A DNA stretch of 64,000 nucleotides from Alphaproteobacteria bacterium. Lineage in GTDB: Bacteria > Pseudomonadota > Alphaproteobacteria > Rickettsiales > UBA3002. Each line of letters opens with the position of its first letter. The first letter of the stretch is position 1. Of the stretch, positions 39,827 through 49,129 are shown piece after piece. The stretch covers positions 64,023 through 128,022 of the forward strand of contig JANRKD010000001.1 of the NCBI GenBank assembly GCA_033763655.1, given 5' to 3'. The translations under genes and the position numbers were made by a program. The notes beneath the pieces were generated by a model that saw only the letters and a list, made by a program, of their open reading frames with translations, had not been told where the DNA came from and ran no database searches.

Positions 39827-40831
39827 CTAAAGTCCCCGCGCAGATTGTTTAATGGGTGGTCTGCTTTTCACCGAGCTAAACCCCATATCGAGTATCTTGC
39901 CATTATCGACCGTCACGGTTGCAGCGGCGAGGTGCCCGTCTTTGGCAACGCTTTGGTCGATGCAAATGGCATTGGGTGATTCGACCGTCGGATGTTCACC
40001 ACGCTGCCAATAGTGACCGAAAAAGACGGTGCTATCTTCGAGATTCTGCACCTCACGCATGCGCGCCCTGATATCATCTGGCGCGGGGACATTCGGGATG
40101 TTCTCTGGCGGCACATCGAGAATCACATCCGCGAGCTTCAAATTGGCATCATCGGGATTTGCCCACCATTTCAGCCGTGCCAATTTACGAGGTGTGCCAT
40201 CCGCATCATAGAATTTAACACCGGGAGGAAGCGGCACCTCTACCCCTTTGGTCAGCAATTCAATCGCGTCACAGCCGGGTGTATATTTCACCGCCAATTC
40301 ATGCCAACGCGTGGGATTTATCGTGCGGTCTGCTCTGAGCAACCCTTCTTTGTTAAGGTAGTCGACCGCTGGCTGGTCCCACAGCGCATGCACAAAGCGC
40401 AGCCCTTCCAGTTCGAGATATACTGGCAACGATTTTATTCACTCAATGTTTTGGGCGGCTCGCTCGGGGTTCTGGGTTGCTTCATCCAAGAACGCCTGAT
40501 GCTGGTGGACGTTCCTTGTTCCGTGCCCGCGCAATGGCCTCAACTCGCCACTTTTGTTGGGGTGCTGCGTGTGAAACAGCGAGGCATTCAGCTCATGATT
40601 ACCCATAATCGCATGCGCATGACCAGCCTGCACCATGCCACGCACGATGTCGATAACCTCGAAATTCTCTCCGCCACGATCAATATAATCGCCGGTGAAT
40701 ACAGCCATGCGGTTGGGCTCAGGGGGAATGTAAACACCATTGCCATCGCGCACGTAGCCAAGCTTCTCAAGCAATGCCTTCAGTTCAACGGCATGGCCGT
40801 GAATATCGCCGATAATGTCGTATTTTTTCAT
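39827..40831 (-). pseudogene. ApaH/PrpE-like metallophosphoesterase interrupted by one in-frame TGA (40439-40441)
   Basis: DIIGDIHGH, GDYIDRG and GNHE in the upstream ORF. The downstream ORF is in the same frame, 3 codons after the stop, and continues the family (FVHALWD...FFGHYW). Confidence 0.8.
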
Positions 40832-40971
40832 GTGCTTAACCTGTTGTTAATGTGGTTATGCCTCAAAAATGCCTTATTTTATAGCATTTTCAGGCCATTT
40901 ATTGCATAGGTAGGGGGCAATTACTAACGGAAAATTAACCATTTCACCGTATTGTCAACACAGGAGATTTT

Positions 40972-41403
40972 ATGGCTGACCCTCAGAAACCAGCACAACC
41001 TGCATCAGCACCCGCCGTCGCCCAGCCTCCGGCGTCGGCAGCGAATGCACCTGCTGCATCGCCAGCGAAAAAGCCGCTGACTCCTGCAGAGGCAGAACTC
41101 CAAAGACTTAAAGGTGATAACTGGGCCGACCCATTTTTCGATCCTAAAATAGCTCGTGAAGTTGCGGATCAACAAACACGCGAAGCAGCTATGAGGGCTA
41201 TTGAGTGGAAGAAAGAGCGCGGTGTGTACCCATGGGAAGAACCCGAATCATCGCAGGATCAACGTGTTGCCCGGCAACAAGAAGAATGGTTGCGGCGCGC
41301 AGGAATTGATCCAGAAAAGAGTCGAGATGAATATCTGGGCCGAATTAAAGAGGCAATCCGTCAGATCGAAGCACAAAAAAAAACTGACGGGCGAGGTCGG
41401 TAG
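40972..41403 (+). CDS. Hypothetical protein (143 aa), Ala/Pro-rich N-terminus
   Basis: ORF ending 3 nt before the zeta-like gene. Confidence 0.5.
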   Translation: MADPQKPAQPASAPAVAQPPASAANAPAASPAKKPLTPAEAELQRLKGDNWADPFFDPKIAREVADQQTREAAMRAIEWKKERGVYPWEEPESSQDQRVARQQEEWLRRAGIDPEKSRDEYLGRIKEAIRQIEAQKKTDGRGR

Positions 41404-41406
41404 CTG

Positions 41407-43653
41407 ATGGCGGATGATGCTTGGCACGTTCAATCTTCCGCCGCTAATCATCGCCCCTCAATAGAGACGCGACCAGCCAGTGAAACGCGCCTACTTCATG
41501 AGCTTATCATTCAAGCTGTAACGGAACGTCGCATCGACGTTGACCCCACCCAGCCATACGATAAACAACTGCAAACAACGATACGTGGTGTTCAGGCCAC
41601 CGATGAATATAAAGACCTATTGTCGCGGGGAAATGTTACGCAGACTGAAGTGGCAACGTTGCTGGACCATCAGCATCTGCAACGTCTTCCTACGGTTGAT
41701 TCTGCCAACCATGTGACCATGATGATGGCGACAGGTGGCCCTGCCACAGGCAAAAGCAGCATTATTAAAATAATCCAGCGCACGAATCCCGAGATTTATA
41801 GCAATACTGCCAAGATTAACCCCGATGATTACAAGCCACTGCTGGCTGACCGCAAAATCTATGGCAAAGATTTTGCGGATGTTGCGCATGCAGAAAGTTC
41901 AAAACTAGCCGCTGAAATTATGACACGGCTCGAGCAGAAAATGTCTGCTGGTCGTTCACCGCACATTGTTATGGATGTAGTGGCAACGAGCGAACATCGG
42001 ATGAATTTTGCCAAGCAAGCGGGACAATTGATCGTGGTGACTGGCGTTGTTCCAGTGGATGTTGCTGTGGATCGCTCATATGATCGAGCGAAAGATCTGG
42101 TAGACGGTAGAAGAATATCAACGGAGGTGGTGATCAGTGGAGCACGCAATGTTGCTGCCGAATTGCCGAGGGTATTCGATCACCCGGATGTAAAATTTTT
42201 AGTTATCAATACGGATGTACCGTATGGTTCGCCGAACAAGCCCGTTGCACAGCTTAAAAATGTCAATGGCAAGCAGACGCTTGTTGTCTCCGATCCTGAT
42301 ATATTTATCGATTTGGTTGGGCGCCAAAATCTGAATATCCATGCTCAGGCGCCCACCGAATTGTATCGACCGCAGGATCGATCCCCAGCAACCATTGCGC
42401 AAGGACTCAAGGCTTATACTGATAAGGGTGTGACACTGGCATTCCTTGATTCGCATGGGCAAGTGGCGATGACAATGGGTCAAAATGGGGCGCAACAGAT
42501 TCATTCCCTCGCGTCGAAACTAGGTAACAGCTTCTATGCTGAGTTAGCTGGTGCAGTAACTGCTTTGGCAGGGCGGCAAACCATCGAGCAACGTGCACAA
42601 GTTGAGGAGCGCACGACCACTGATGCCGCACAAGGAAAACGGACGCAGAATCCGATTCCCGTTGTCGTGCCGCCAAATGACCATGCTCAAACGCCGCCGC
42701 CGGTGGTGGTCACGAGACAAACGCCACCAGAGTCACAACCCGTGCGCATTGCTATGCCGAGCAAAATCGGTATTGCAGGCACCGCTGTGTCGTTGGCTAT
42801 CGGTCCCGTGTATGAAGCAGGGCTAGCGGCTGCGAATGATGGTAACGCCAGTGATATTACAAAAGCAGGTTTGCAGGGCCTTGCCAACAGCGCATTGCCA
42901 GGGGTGACAAATGGGTTCAAGAACATCACCGAGAACAACCAGCACCAGAACTGGCTCGACCAAACATTGAATGCTGGCACAACTGCGACGCAGGGAACGG
43001 CTGTAGGCGCATTGGCGGTGGCAGGGAGTTCTGCGCTTGCTGCACCTGTTACGGGTGGCACATCGCTGACAGTAACCGCAGGGTCGCTGGTAGTGGCTGG
43101 CGTCGCTGGAGTAGCAAACCTCGGCATTGGTGTAGCGCATGATCTGACGTATTGGACGGGTCTCTCGAAACAGGGCGGTCTCATCACTGGTATCGTCAAT
43201 ATGGGAGTGCAATTAGCTGACTCCAAAGCTGCCCACCGTGCAGGTGATTGGGTGATGAATAACGATGACAAGATCCAACAGCAGCTTGCAGCAAGGGGCA
43301 TGCAGCCCAATCAACTTGCTGCCGTCGATGAAAATAAAGACGGGAAAGTAAGTGCACAGGAAACACGTAACTATCTTATCAGACACCATGTCCCAGCCGA
43401 GCAAGTAAACAGCCTGCCAGCGAAGCAATTAGCTGATAAGCTGATATCTGTCGTAGCACCAGCAAACCATGCCGCAGTGCAGCCTCCAGCACACACGCAT
43501 CTTTCGCCCGAAATGCAACGCGCGTTAGGTATGGCTGCCAGTTGTAATCTTAGCGCATCTATTCGGTGCGATACACAACACCAAGGGCCATTGCAGTCTC
43601 CAGTAGGGTTGCAGGCTACAACGCAGCGCGCACAAGCTGCTCAAGGACGATAG
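41407..43653 (+). CDS. Zeta-toxin/AAA_33-like P-loop kinase domain protein with Gly/Ala-rich hydrophobic region and EF-hand
   Basis: Walker A MATGGPATGKSS followed by INPDDYK. Residues about 470-600 are a G/A/V-rich hydrophobic stretch. Canonical EF-hand loop DENKDGKVSAQE. Confidence 0.7.
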   Translation: MADDAWHVQSSAANHRPSIETRPASETRLLHELIIQAVTERRIDVDPTQPYDKQLQTTIRGVQATDEYKDLLSRGNVTQTEVATLLDHQHLQRLPTVDSANHVTMMMATGGPATGKSSIIKIIQRTNPEIYSNTAKINPDDYKPLLADRKIYGKDFADVAHAESSKLAAEIMTRLEQKMSAGRSPHIVMDVVATSEHRMNFAKQAGQLIVVTGVVPVDVAVDRSYDRAKDLVDGRRISTEVVISGARNVAAELPRVFDHPDVKFLVINTDVPYGSPNKPVAQLKNVNGKQTLVVSDPDIFIDLVGRQNLNIHAQAPTELYRPQDRSPATIAQGLKAYTDKGVTLAFLDSHGQVAMTMGQNGAQQIHSLASKLGNSFYAELAGAVTALAGRQTIEQRAQVEERTTTDAAQGKRTQNPIPVVVPPNDHAQTPPPVVVTRQTPPESQPVRIAMPSKIGIAGTAVSLAIGPVYEAGLAAANDGNASDITKAGLQGLANSALPGVTNGFKNITENNQHQNWLDQTLNAGTTATQGTAVGALAVAGSSALAAPVTGGTSLTVTAGSLVVAGVAGVANLGIGVAHDLTYWTGLSKQGGLITGIVNMGVQLADSKAAHRAGDWVMNNDDKIQQQLAARGMQPNQLAAVDENKDGKVSAQETRNYLIRHHVPAEQVNSLPAKQLADKLISVVAPANHAAVQPPAHTHLSPEMQRALGMAASCNLSASIRCDTQHQGPLQSPVGLQATTQRAQAAQGR

Positions 43654-43679
43654 ATTGCTGCACAAATCTTTATCAAGCA

Positions 43680-43870
43680 CCTGCGAAGTCTTACGACTTC
43701 TCTGCTTCGCCAGTGCCGTCAGTCAGCGAGAATTCAAGCTGACCTGATGGGCTCCGAACGGGTTCGCCGCCATCCCCACCCCGCACTTGATCCGCAACTC
43801 GTGCGGCTTCTCCTGCGGTCCCGGCGCTTAATGGGTCCCGGTCCCCAACTACATGCGCTCAAAGCCACCC
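43680..43870 (-). ncRNA. Conserved non-coding element downstream of the RepB-like gene, copy 2
   Basis: The reverse complement aligns with 21990-22165. No ORF of 60 aa or more on either strand here. Confidence 0.35.
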
Positions 43871-43890
43871 TTGGGCCAAGCTGCAATTCT

Positions 43891-44814
43891 TTATGCTGCG
43901 CCATCCACTCCGCCCAATGACTTCATTTCTACGATCTTCTGAAATTGTGTGAGAAACTCTGGGTGCTGTAGTGCGAGGTATTTTACAATGCGTGCGTTGC
44001 CGAGCAACGTAGCGAGATAGGTTTTGGCGACGGTGAGGTTGAGGACATTGGGACCGAAGCTTTCCTCGATCAGCCGATACTCACCCTGCAGGCTACCCAT
44101 TTCAGCTTCCATGCGCGCCATCTGTTCATCATCGAGGCCTTTTACTTTCTTGGCTTTCTCTGGCTCGACCAGTTGTGCTTTGGGGGTGGCAAGCACGATA
44201 GCGCGCACATAGGCGTAGGTGTAGTTGTTAGAGTCACTCATCAGCATGGCGGCTTCGATCTGGCGCACGGGCTTCATGCGCCTAAGCTCTACGAACACGC
44301 TACGAGGTATCATCTTGTGCTTAAAGATGTCGGCTACTTCAGGGCAGATGCCCTTGAGCAAATCTCGTCGTTGGATGATGTTATCGACTTGAAGATTCAG
44401 GGCACGGGCGATTGTTTCTTCGGAGACGCCACGCTTGATGGCCTGGAGGATCATACGGTGCTCTTGGATAGTCGAAAGACGACTGATGAATTTGTTATAC
44501 GTGAATGCCTCGTCATCAGTCGACACTAGGCAAGTTACCTCGGTCTCACCGTTCTCTTTCAGCACCTCCAGCCGCAAATGCCCGTCGAGCAAGAGATAGG
44601 TTTTTTGCCCCTTGCGCGGTGGGGAAACGACCGGCGGCTCAATGATGCCCACTTCACGGATAGAGGCCGCGATCTGTTTATATTTCTCACTCTCGCGTAT
44701 TATTGGTGTCACAATTTTGAGTGGGGTGATCTGATCAATGCCCAACCGCACGGTGTTAACGTCGAATCCAATCTTAATATCATGAAACAGCTTGGATTTT
44801 TGTGAGCGCGGCAT
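43891..44814 (-). CDS. ParB-N / RepB-C-like partition-type protein
   Basis: ParB N-domain (YLLLDGHLRLEVL) plus the C-terminal domain shared with 21422-21982. Confidence 0.8.
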   Translation of the reverse strand: MPRSQKSKLFHDIKIGFDVNTVRLGIDQITPLKIVTPIIRESEKYKQIAASIREVGIIEPPVVSPPRKGQKTYLLLDGHLRLEVLKENGETEVTCLVSTDDEAFTYNKFISRLSTIQEHRMILQAIKRGVSEETIARALNLQVDNIIQRRDLLKGICPEVADIFKHKMIPRSVFVELRRMKPVRQIEAAMLMSDSNNYTYAYVRAIVLATPKAQLVEPEKAKKVKGLDDEQMARMEAEMGSLQGEYRLIEESFGPNVLNLTVAKTYLATLLGNARIVKYLALQHPEFLTQFQKIVEMKSLGGVDGAA

Positions 44815-44816
44815 GA

Positions 44817-45707
44817 TTACCCTCGCTCAGATAATAGGTTAGCGAGTTGTTTGAGCATGGTATCAAGTCCCTCGGCACGGAGCAGTGTAGTAAAATGACC
44901 TTCCAGCTTGAGACACCGCAGTGCTTCCACCACAAACAGTAACTGACTGTTCACGGCCTCGGCGCGACGAGTGATCAGACTCTTGCGCTCCACCTCGCGC
45001 TTATAGGTTTTAACAAGTTCGCGGGCAGTGTATCCTTCATCGCGCTTTCCGCCGTAGCCTCTGGTGCCACTGCGAAAGGTTTTGCCACCACGCTGTCGTG
45101 TCTCAACCAACTTCTTGGCAGCCATGAACTTGTGCCCACTCAGCTCGCCAGTTTCATAGGCCTCACGCAAATGCTGTTGTTCATTTTGCGGCGACTGAAC
45201 GATATTGATCGCCAGCATGATTGGCATCTGGCCGGTCTCAACAGCGGAGACCAGCCGTTCCTCACCATGCTCCAGCAGCGTCAGCACCCCTTGAATATGG
45301 TCTGATGTATGGCCAGTTTTAGCAGCGATAGCTTTGGCATCGTAACCTTGGCCGCGCAGGAGCTCGACACCTTGCAGCAAATCCATCGGTTTATGCTTAC
45401 GGCGGGCGACATTCTCTACCAGGCTCATGATAAGGGCTTGTTCTTCGCTCGCTGCAATGACGATCGCAGGTATTGTAGCCTGACCGCAGGCCATGAACGC
45501 CTCAAGACGTCCCTGACCACAAACAAGATCATAGGTTTTGCCGTCAACCTTCGCTTTACGACGGGCCACGGTGATTGGGCGCTTGAGGCCGACTTTGGCG
45601 ATGTTTTGCACCACCCCTTCAAATAGCTTAGGATTGCGTACCCGTGGGTTGAGGATGTGGATCTGGTTGATCGGGATCATCTGTATGGAGGCTTGTTGCT
45701 TGCTCAT
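44817..45707 (-). CDS. ParB-like nuclease-domain protein
   Basis: IPINQIHILNPRVRN ... YDLVCGQGRLEA. Confidence 0.8.
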   Translation of the reverse strand: MSKQQASIQMIPINQIHILNPRVRNPKLFEGVVQNIAKVGLKRPITVARRKAKVDGKTYDLVCGQGRLEAFMACGQATIPAIVIAASEEQALIMSLVENVARRKHKPMDLLQGVELLRGQGYDAKAIAAKTGHTSDHIQGVLTLLEHGEERLVSAVETGQMPIMLAINIVQSPQNEQQHLREAYETGELSGHKFMAAKKLVETRQRGGKTFRSGTRGYGGKRDEGYTARELVKTYKREVERKSLITRRAEAVNSQLLFVVEALRCLKLEGHFTTLLRAEGLDTMLKQLANLLSERG

Positions 45708-47260
45708 GCCACCTCCCAGATTGCCACGCGTTCAGTTAGCATAAAGAATGGTTCGAGATCGTCGAAGCGGTAAGAATCTAGTGCGAGGCCATTATGCTCT
45801 GCCAGCCGAATCTTGGGGCTCTCGATGTCGAGAGCAGGCAGCAGGTAGTAGTCGAGTGCTGTTTCATTGTTGACACTCATGCGGATAGCGATTGTGATGT
45901 CGGGCAGCAGGCCTGTATCGAGCTGAATCTTCCAGCGGAAGGATCCAGCATCCGTCTGGTAGCAACGACCAATGACGACTGATGCGCGCAGTTCTTCATT
46001 GATAACCAATAGCTCTGAGGGTTTCTCTTTACGGACGATGCCGCCCATCTGCTCGATCTTGCGGATCGTATCGTCGACCACCGTGCTATGGAATTTACGC
46101 AAGGCTCGGTTGGTCTCAATATAGCTGAAATCACGGTCTGGAGTGTAGCCTACCAACTCATAGGCACGGATGAGGCTGCCAAAGCGGTGGGAGTAAACAC
46201 TGCTGGAGGGCATGTCTTCGGTCTCATTAATAATGAGTCCCGACAGCCAGCCATACTGCACATGCAGCTTGCGCAGCTTCTCGAGCATCTCCTCATCGCT
46301 AAATTTACGGCCACGCTCGCGAATGATGCCTTGTGCGGTATAAAAATAGCGTGGTTCTATCACTGCCTCAAAGACACCATCGGCGCGGATCCAGTTGTCG
46401 GGTCCATTGACGATACGCCGCTGCTTTAGCTTAAAGGATCTTCGGTTAAAGACATTGTTGCCAATATATTTCTCGTTGGTGAGCACCTCATGCACGGTAC
46501 TGCGGGTCCAAGAGCGTCCCAGATCGGTCAACACGCCGCGTTCATTGAGCAGGGTCATAATCTGGCGCTCCTGCAGCCCTTCTTCGGTGAACGCACGGTA
46601 GATCCAGCGTACATTCTCGACTTCCTCTAGTGGGCCGGGCACGAGAATCACCCGATCAGTCTGCAGGCTCTTATGCTCCCCACGCTTGAGTGCGGCCTTT
46701 TTCTGCCCATGTTCATCAATTAGCACGCGACGCAATCCATACCCCGCAGGCCCACCTTGGCGGTAGCCCTTCCGAATTAGGCGGCACTGACCAGCAAAGA
46801 CTTTCTTCGATAACTCGCGGCTATATTCCCCGGCCATGCTGCGTTTGGCGGCTTTGATGAGCGAAACCATGGGGCCACCATCATTAGCAAATTCTTCGGC
46901 AACGTAATGCACCGCGATGCCTGCCTTGCGGCAGATGAATTCGTAATAGCCGCTCTCATCGACATCCTGGAACCGTCCCCAGCGGTTGACATCAAGCACG
47001 AGGATTACCTCGAACGGGGTATGGCCTGCCTCCACATCGGCGATCATGCGCTGCAGGCCATCACGGCCTTTAATGTTGAGACCGCTTTTGCCTTCATCGG
47101 CATAGGTAGCGACCAGCTCCATGTTATGAATAGTGGCGTATTCCCGAATAGCCGCGAGTTGATTCTCAGTTGAGTATTTCTGGTGATCGGTCGACATCCG
47201 CACATAGGCAGCGGCGCGGCGAGTGACGATGGTCTCGTCGTTTTTATCAGTCTTATCCAT
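45704..47260 (-). CDS. Large serine recombinase
   Basis: AAYVRMSTDHQ catalytic Ser motif, LVLDVNRWGR, recombinase domain. 4-nt overlap with the ParB-like gene. Confidence 0.9.
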   Translation of the reverse strand: MDKTDKNDETIVTRRAAAYVRMSTDHQKYSTENQLAAIREYATIHNMELVATYADEGKSGLNIKGRDGLQRMIADVEAGHTPFEVILVLDVNRWGRFQDVDESGYYEFICRKAGIAVHYVAEEFANDGGPMVSLIKAAKRSMAGEYSRELSKKVFAGQCRLIRKGYRQGGPAGYGLRRVLIDEHGQKKAALKRGEHKSLQTDRVILVPGPLEEVENVRWIYRAFTEEGLQERQIMTLLNERGVLTDLGRSWTRSTVHEVLTNEKYIGNNVFNRRSFKLKQRRIVNGPDNWIRADGVFEAVIEPRYFYTAQGIIRERGRKFSDEEMLEKLRKLHVQYGWLSGLIINETEDMPSSSVYSHRFGSLIRAYELVGYTPDRDFSYIETNRALRKFHSTVVDDTIRKIEQMGGIVRKEKPSELLVINEELRASVVIGRCYQTDAGSFRWKIQLDTGLLPDITIAIRMSVNNETALDYYLLPALDIESPKIRLAEHNGLALDSYRFDDLEPFFMLTERVAIWEVA

Positions 47261-47340
47261 CCTGTAGTCCGTTACTGAATACCTGGTTCTATGCCAGCTG
47301 GTTACTTGCTCTTCGTCAATCTTAACGATGGAGAGCTCCT

Positions 47341-47940
47341 ATGTCCCCTTTGCAAATCGAGCGCGACTTATTGCCTAAAATTACGGATAAAATGATCGCC
47401 AAGCGCGTGTCAGACGCACTGCGTCATGAGCATGCCGACATCCATTCTGTAATCAAACAAATCGAACGCATCACGGGTATCAACGCACTTACTGCCAGCA
47501 ACTGGTACAAGGGGAGATATGCCCCGAAAGCAAGGCATTTGCTGATGTTGGCATCCTACTATCCGCAAGTGCTTTATGCTGTGTGTGAGATGATGGCCGC
47601 AGCACCCGTTTGGCAAGATGAGATAGATGCACAGGTGGTGAAAGCCATGCAGCAGCATTTGGAACAACGATGGCATGGTTGGAAGAAGTCACCCCCAATT
47701 GGTGACAGATCTGTCACCATTCGTGTGCACGTCGATCGTCACTATGCGGGACAAATGAACCAACGGCAGTTATGGTTCTTGGGACAGTTGCAACAGGGGC
47801 ACGCGATACATATTGAGGATCTCATGGCCGTATGGGGAATTCACGAGCGTACTGCTAAACGCGATGTGTCTGGGTTATTGACGGCAGGCCTTATTATCGC
47901 CGCAAGATCTGGTCGCACCTGCCGCTACCAATTATCGTAA
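47341..47940 (+). CDS. Hypothetical protein with probable N- and C-terminal HTH modules
   Basis: ORF. The C-terminus IHIEDLMAVWGIHERTAKRDVSGLL looks like a winged HTH. Confidence 0.5.
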   Translation: MSPLQIERDLLPKITDKMIAKRVSDALRHEHADIHSVIKQIERITGINALTASNWYKGRYAPKARHLLMLASYYPQVLYAVCEMMAAAPVWQDEIDAQVVKAMQQHLEQRWHGWKKSPPIGDRSVTIRVHVDRHYAGQMNQRQLWFLGQLQQGHAIHIEDLMAVWGIHERTAKRDVSGLLTAGLIIAARSGRTCRYQLS

Positions 47941-47948
47941 GGGGGGCT

Positions 47949-48317
47949 TTAAGCCAGATTTCCGATGTCACAATTCAGGGCACGGGCAAGTTTCCTGAGG
48001 CTGCCGATGCCAGGTTGCTTATGACCAGATTCGATGCTGGCAATCATCCCGCGCGACACACCAGAAACCGTGGATAGCTTCTCTTGTGTCATCCCGCGAA
48101 ACTCACGCCAGATCTTAACGGTGCTCTCACCGTTCAGGCGGCGAACCGTGATGCTGATGGGGATGACCTCACCCTTGCCACTCTTAAGGCGCACAAGGGC
48201 ATTCTCCATCAAGCGCATATCGTTTTGTAGCTCCATCTCAGCAAGCACGCTCTCGTATTTACGCACGGGAACGAGTGCAAAAGTCCGCCCGTTTTTTACC
48301 ACTAGTTCAAAGGCCAT
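47949..48317 (-). CDS. XRE-HTH antitoxin-like protein (122 aa)
   Basis: C-terminal HTH MTQEKLSTVSGVSRGMIASIESGH. Start at ATG 48317. Confidence 0.7.
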   Translation of the reverse strand: MAFELVVKNGRTFALVPVRKYESVLAEMELQNDMRLMENALVRLKSGKGEVIPISITVRRLNGESTVKIWREFRGMTQEKLSTVSGVSRGMIASIESGHKQPGIGSLRKLARALNCDIGNLA

Positions 48318-48352
48318 ATATCTATTCCTCCTCACGACACTGCGCAGGGCAC

Positions 48353-48407
48353 ATTGTTTACATAGGAAACAATTAGGTGCAAGCAAAATGTTTCCTATGT
48401 AAACAAT
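48353..48407. promoter_or_regulatory. Perfect 19-bp inverted repeat upstream of the XRE gene (candidate operator)
   Basis: attgtttacataggaaaca (48353-48371) / tgtttcctatgtaaacaat (48389-48407), 36-90 nt upstream of the ATG at 48317. Confidence 0.5.
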
Positions 48408-48677
48408 ATTGGCCATGCTGAAGTAGGCATCCAATTTGGCTCAACAGTGTGCCCGCTACCTGCTACTGTGAGAATAATTCCCTGTTATGAAAATGGGGCC
48501 TGGGTTGGTTTGACCAGCGTTTCTAATGCTCCCAAGCAAATCGCTTGCTAAAAATACCCTAAGAATCTCAAAATTCCCTCTATCTTCCCTGTTAAATAGG
48601 GAACTTGACGCGGAGAGGAGTTCCCCACAGACTGCCCACACCACCATTCTTCTGAAAGCGCCAGCAGTTTCAACTGC

Positions 48678-49040
48678 TTGGGATTCCTCGATTCGTGGTG
48701 GGGCACGAAAGTGAGGCATCCCGTGCGCTATTCCAATCATCTTGAACGTTCCCGACACAACGTTTTTTACTTCCGCTACCCGCTTCCATCGCTCCTGCAT
48801 CGTGCAGGAAAATCGAAACACGTCAAAGTGTCGCTGCATGATGTGGAAGCGCAGCACCCGGATGAATTTATTGCTCACTTGATTGACCTGGCACCGACGG
48901 CAGTGCTCGAGGCTGCCAAGCGTGTTCGGGCGCGGCTGCAGAACCCACCGAAGACCGTGACAGAATATCTGGATATTCTTGCCAAACAAGGGCTTCCTAA
49001 AACCGTCGATTTTCTCTCCGGGGCCCTCGCCTTAATCTAG
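48678..49040 (+). pseudogene. Chimeric ORF built from gene fragments (integrase-like N-terminus fused to an unrelated C-terminal fragment)
   Basis: RHPVRYSNHLERSRHNVFYFRYPLP resembles the N-terminal arm region of tyrosine integrases. The catalytic domain is absent. Lies at the island's right edge. Confidence 0.35.
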
Positions 49041-49129
49041 ACCAGCCCCAATTGCATTTTGGTCAGCGATCTCTCGAAATTCACCGCACCCGCATTTCCT
49101 TCTATTCAATCCCAAGTTGAGGTGGTATC

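Noticed and set aside
40439-40441. In-frame TGA as a selenocysteine codon.
   Set aside because: The family does not use Sec at this position, as far as I know. I see no convincing SECIS-like hairpin immediately downstream. A nonsense mutation is the simpler explanation.
39992-40909. 305-aa plus-strand ORF.
   Set aside because: It is antisense to the metallophosphoesterase, whose motifs are unambiguous on the minus strand.
48456-48989. 177-aa minus-strand ORF.
   Set aside because: It has no motif, an odd composition, and overlaps the fragment region at the island edge. It is probably non-coding.
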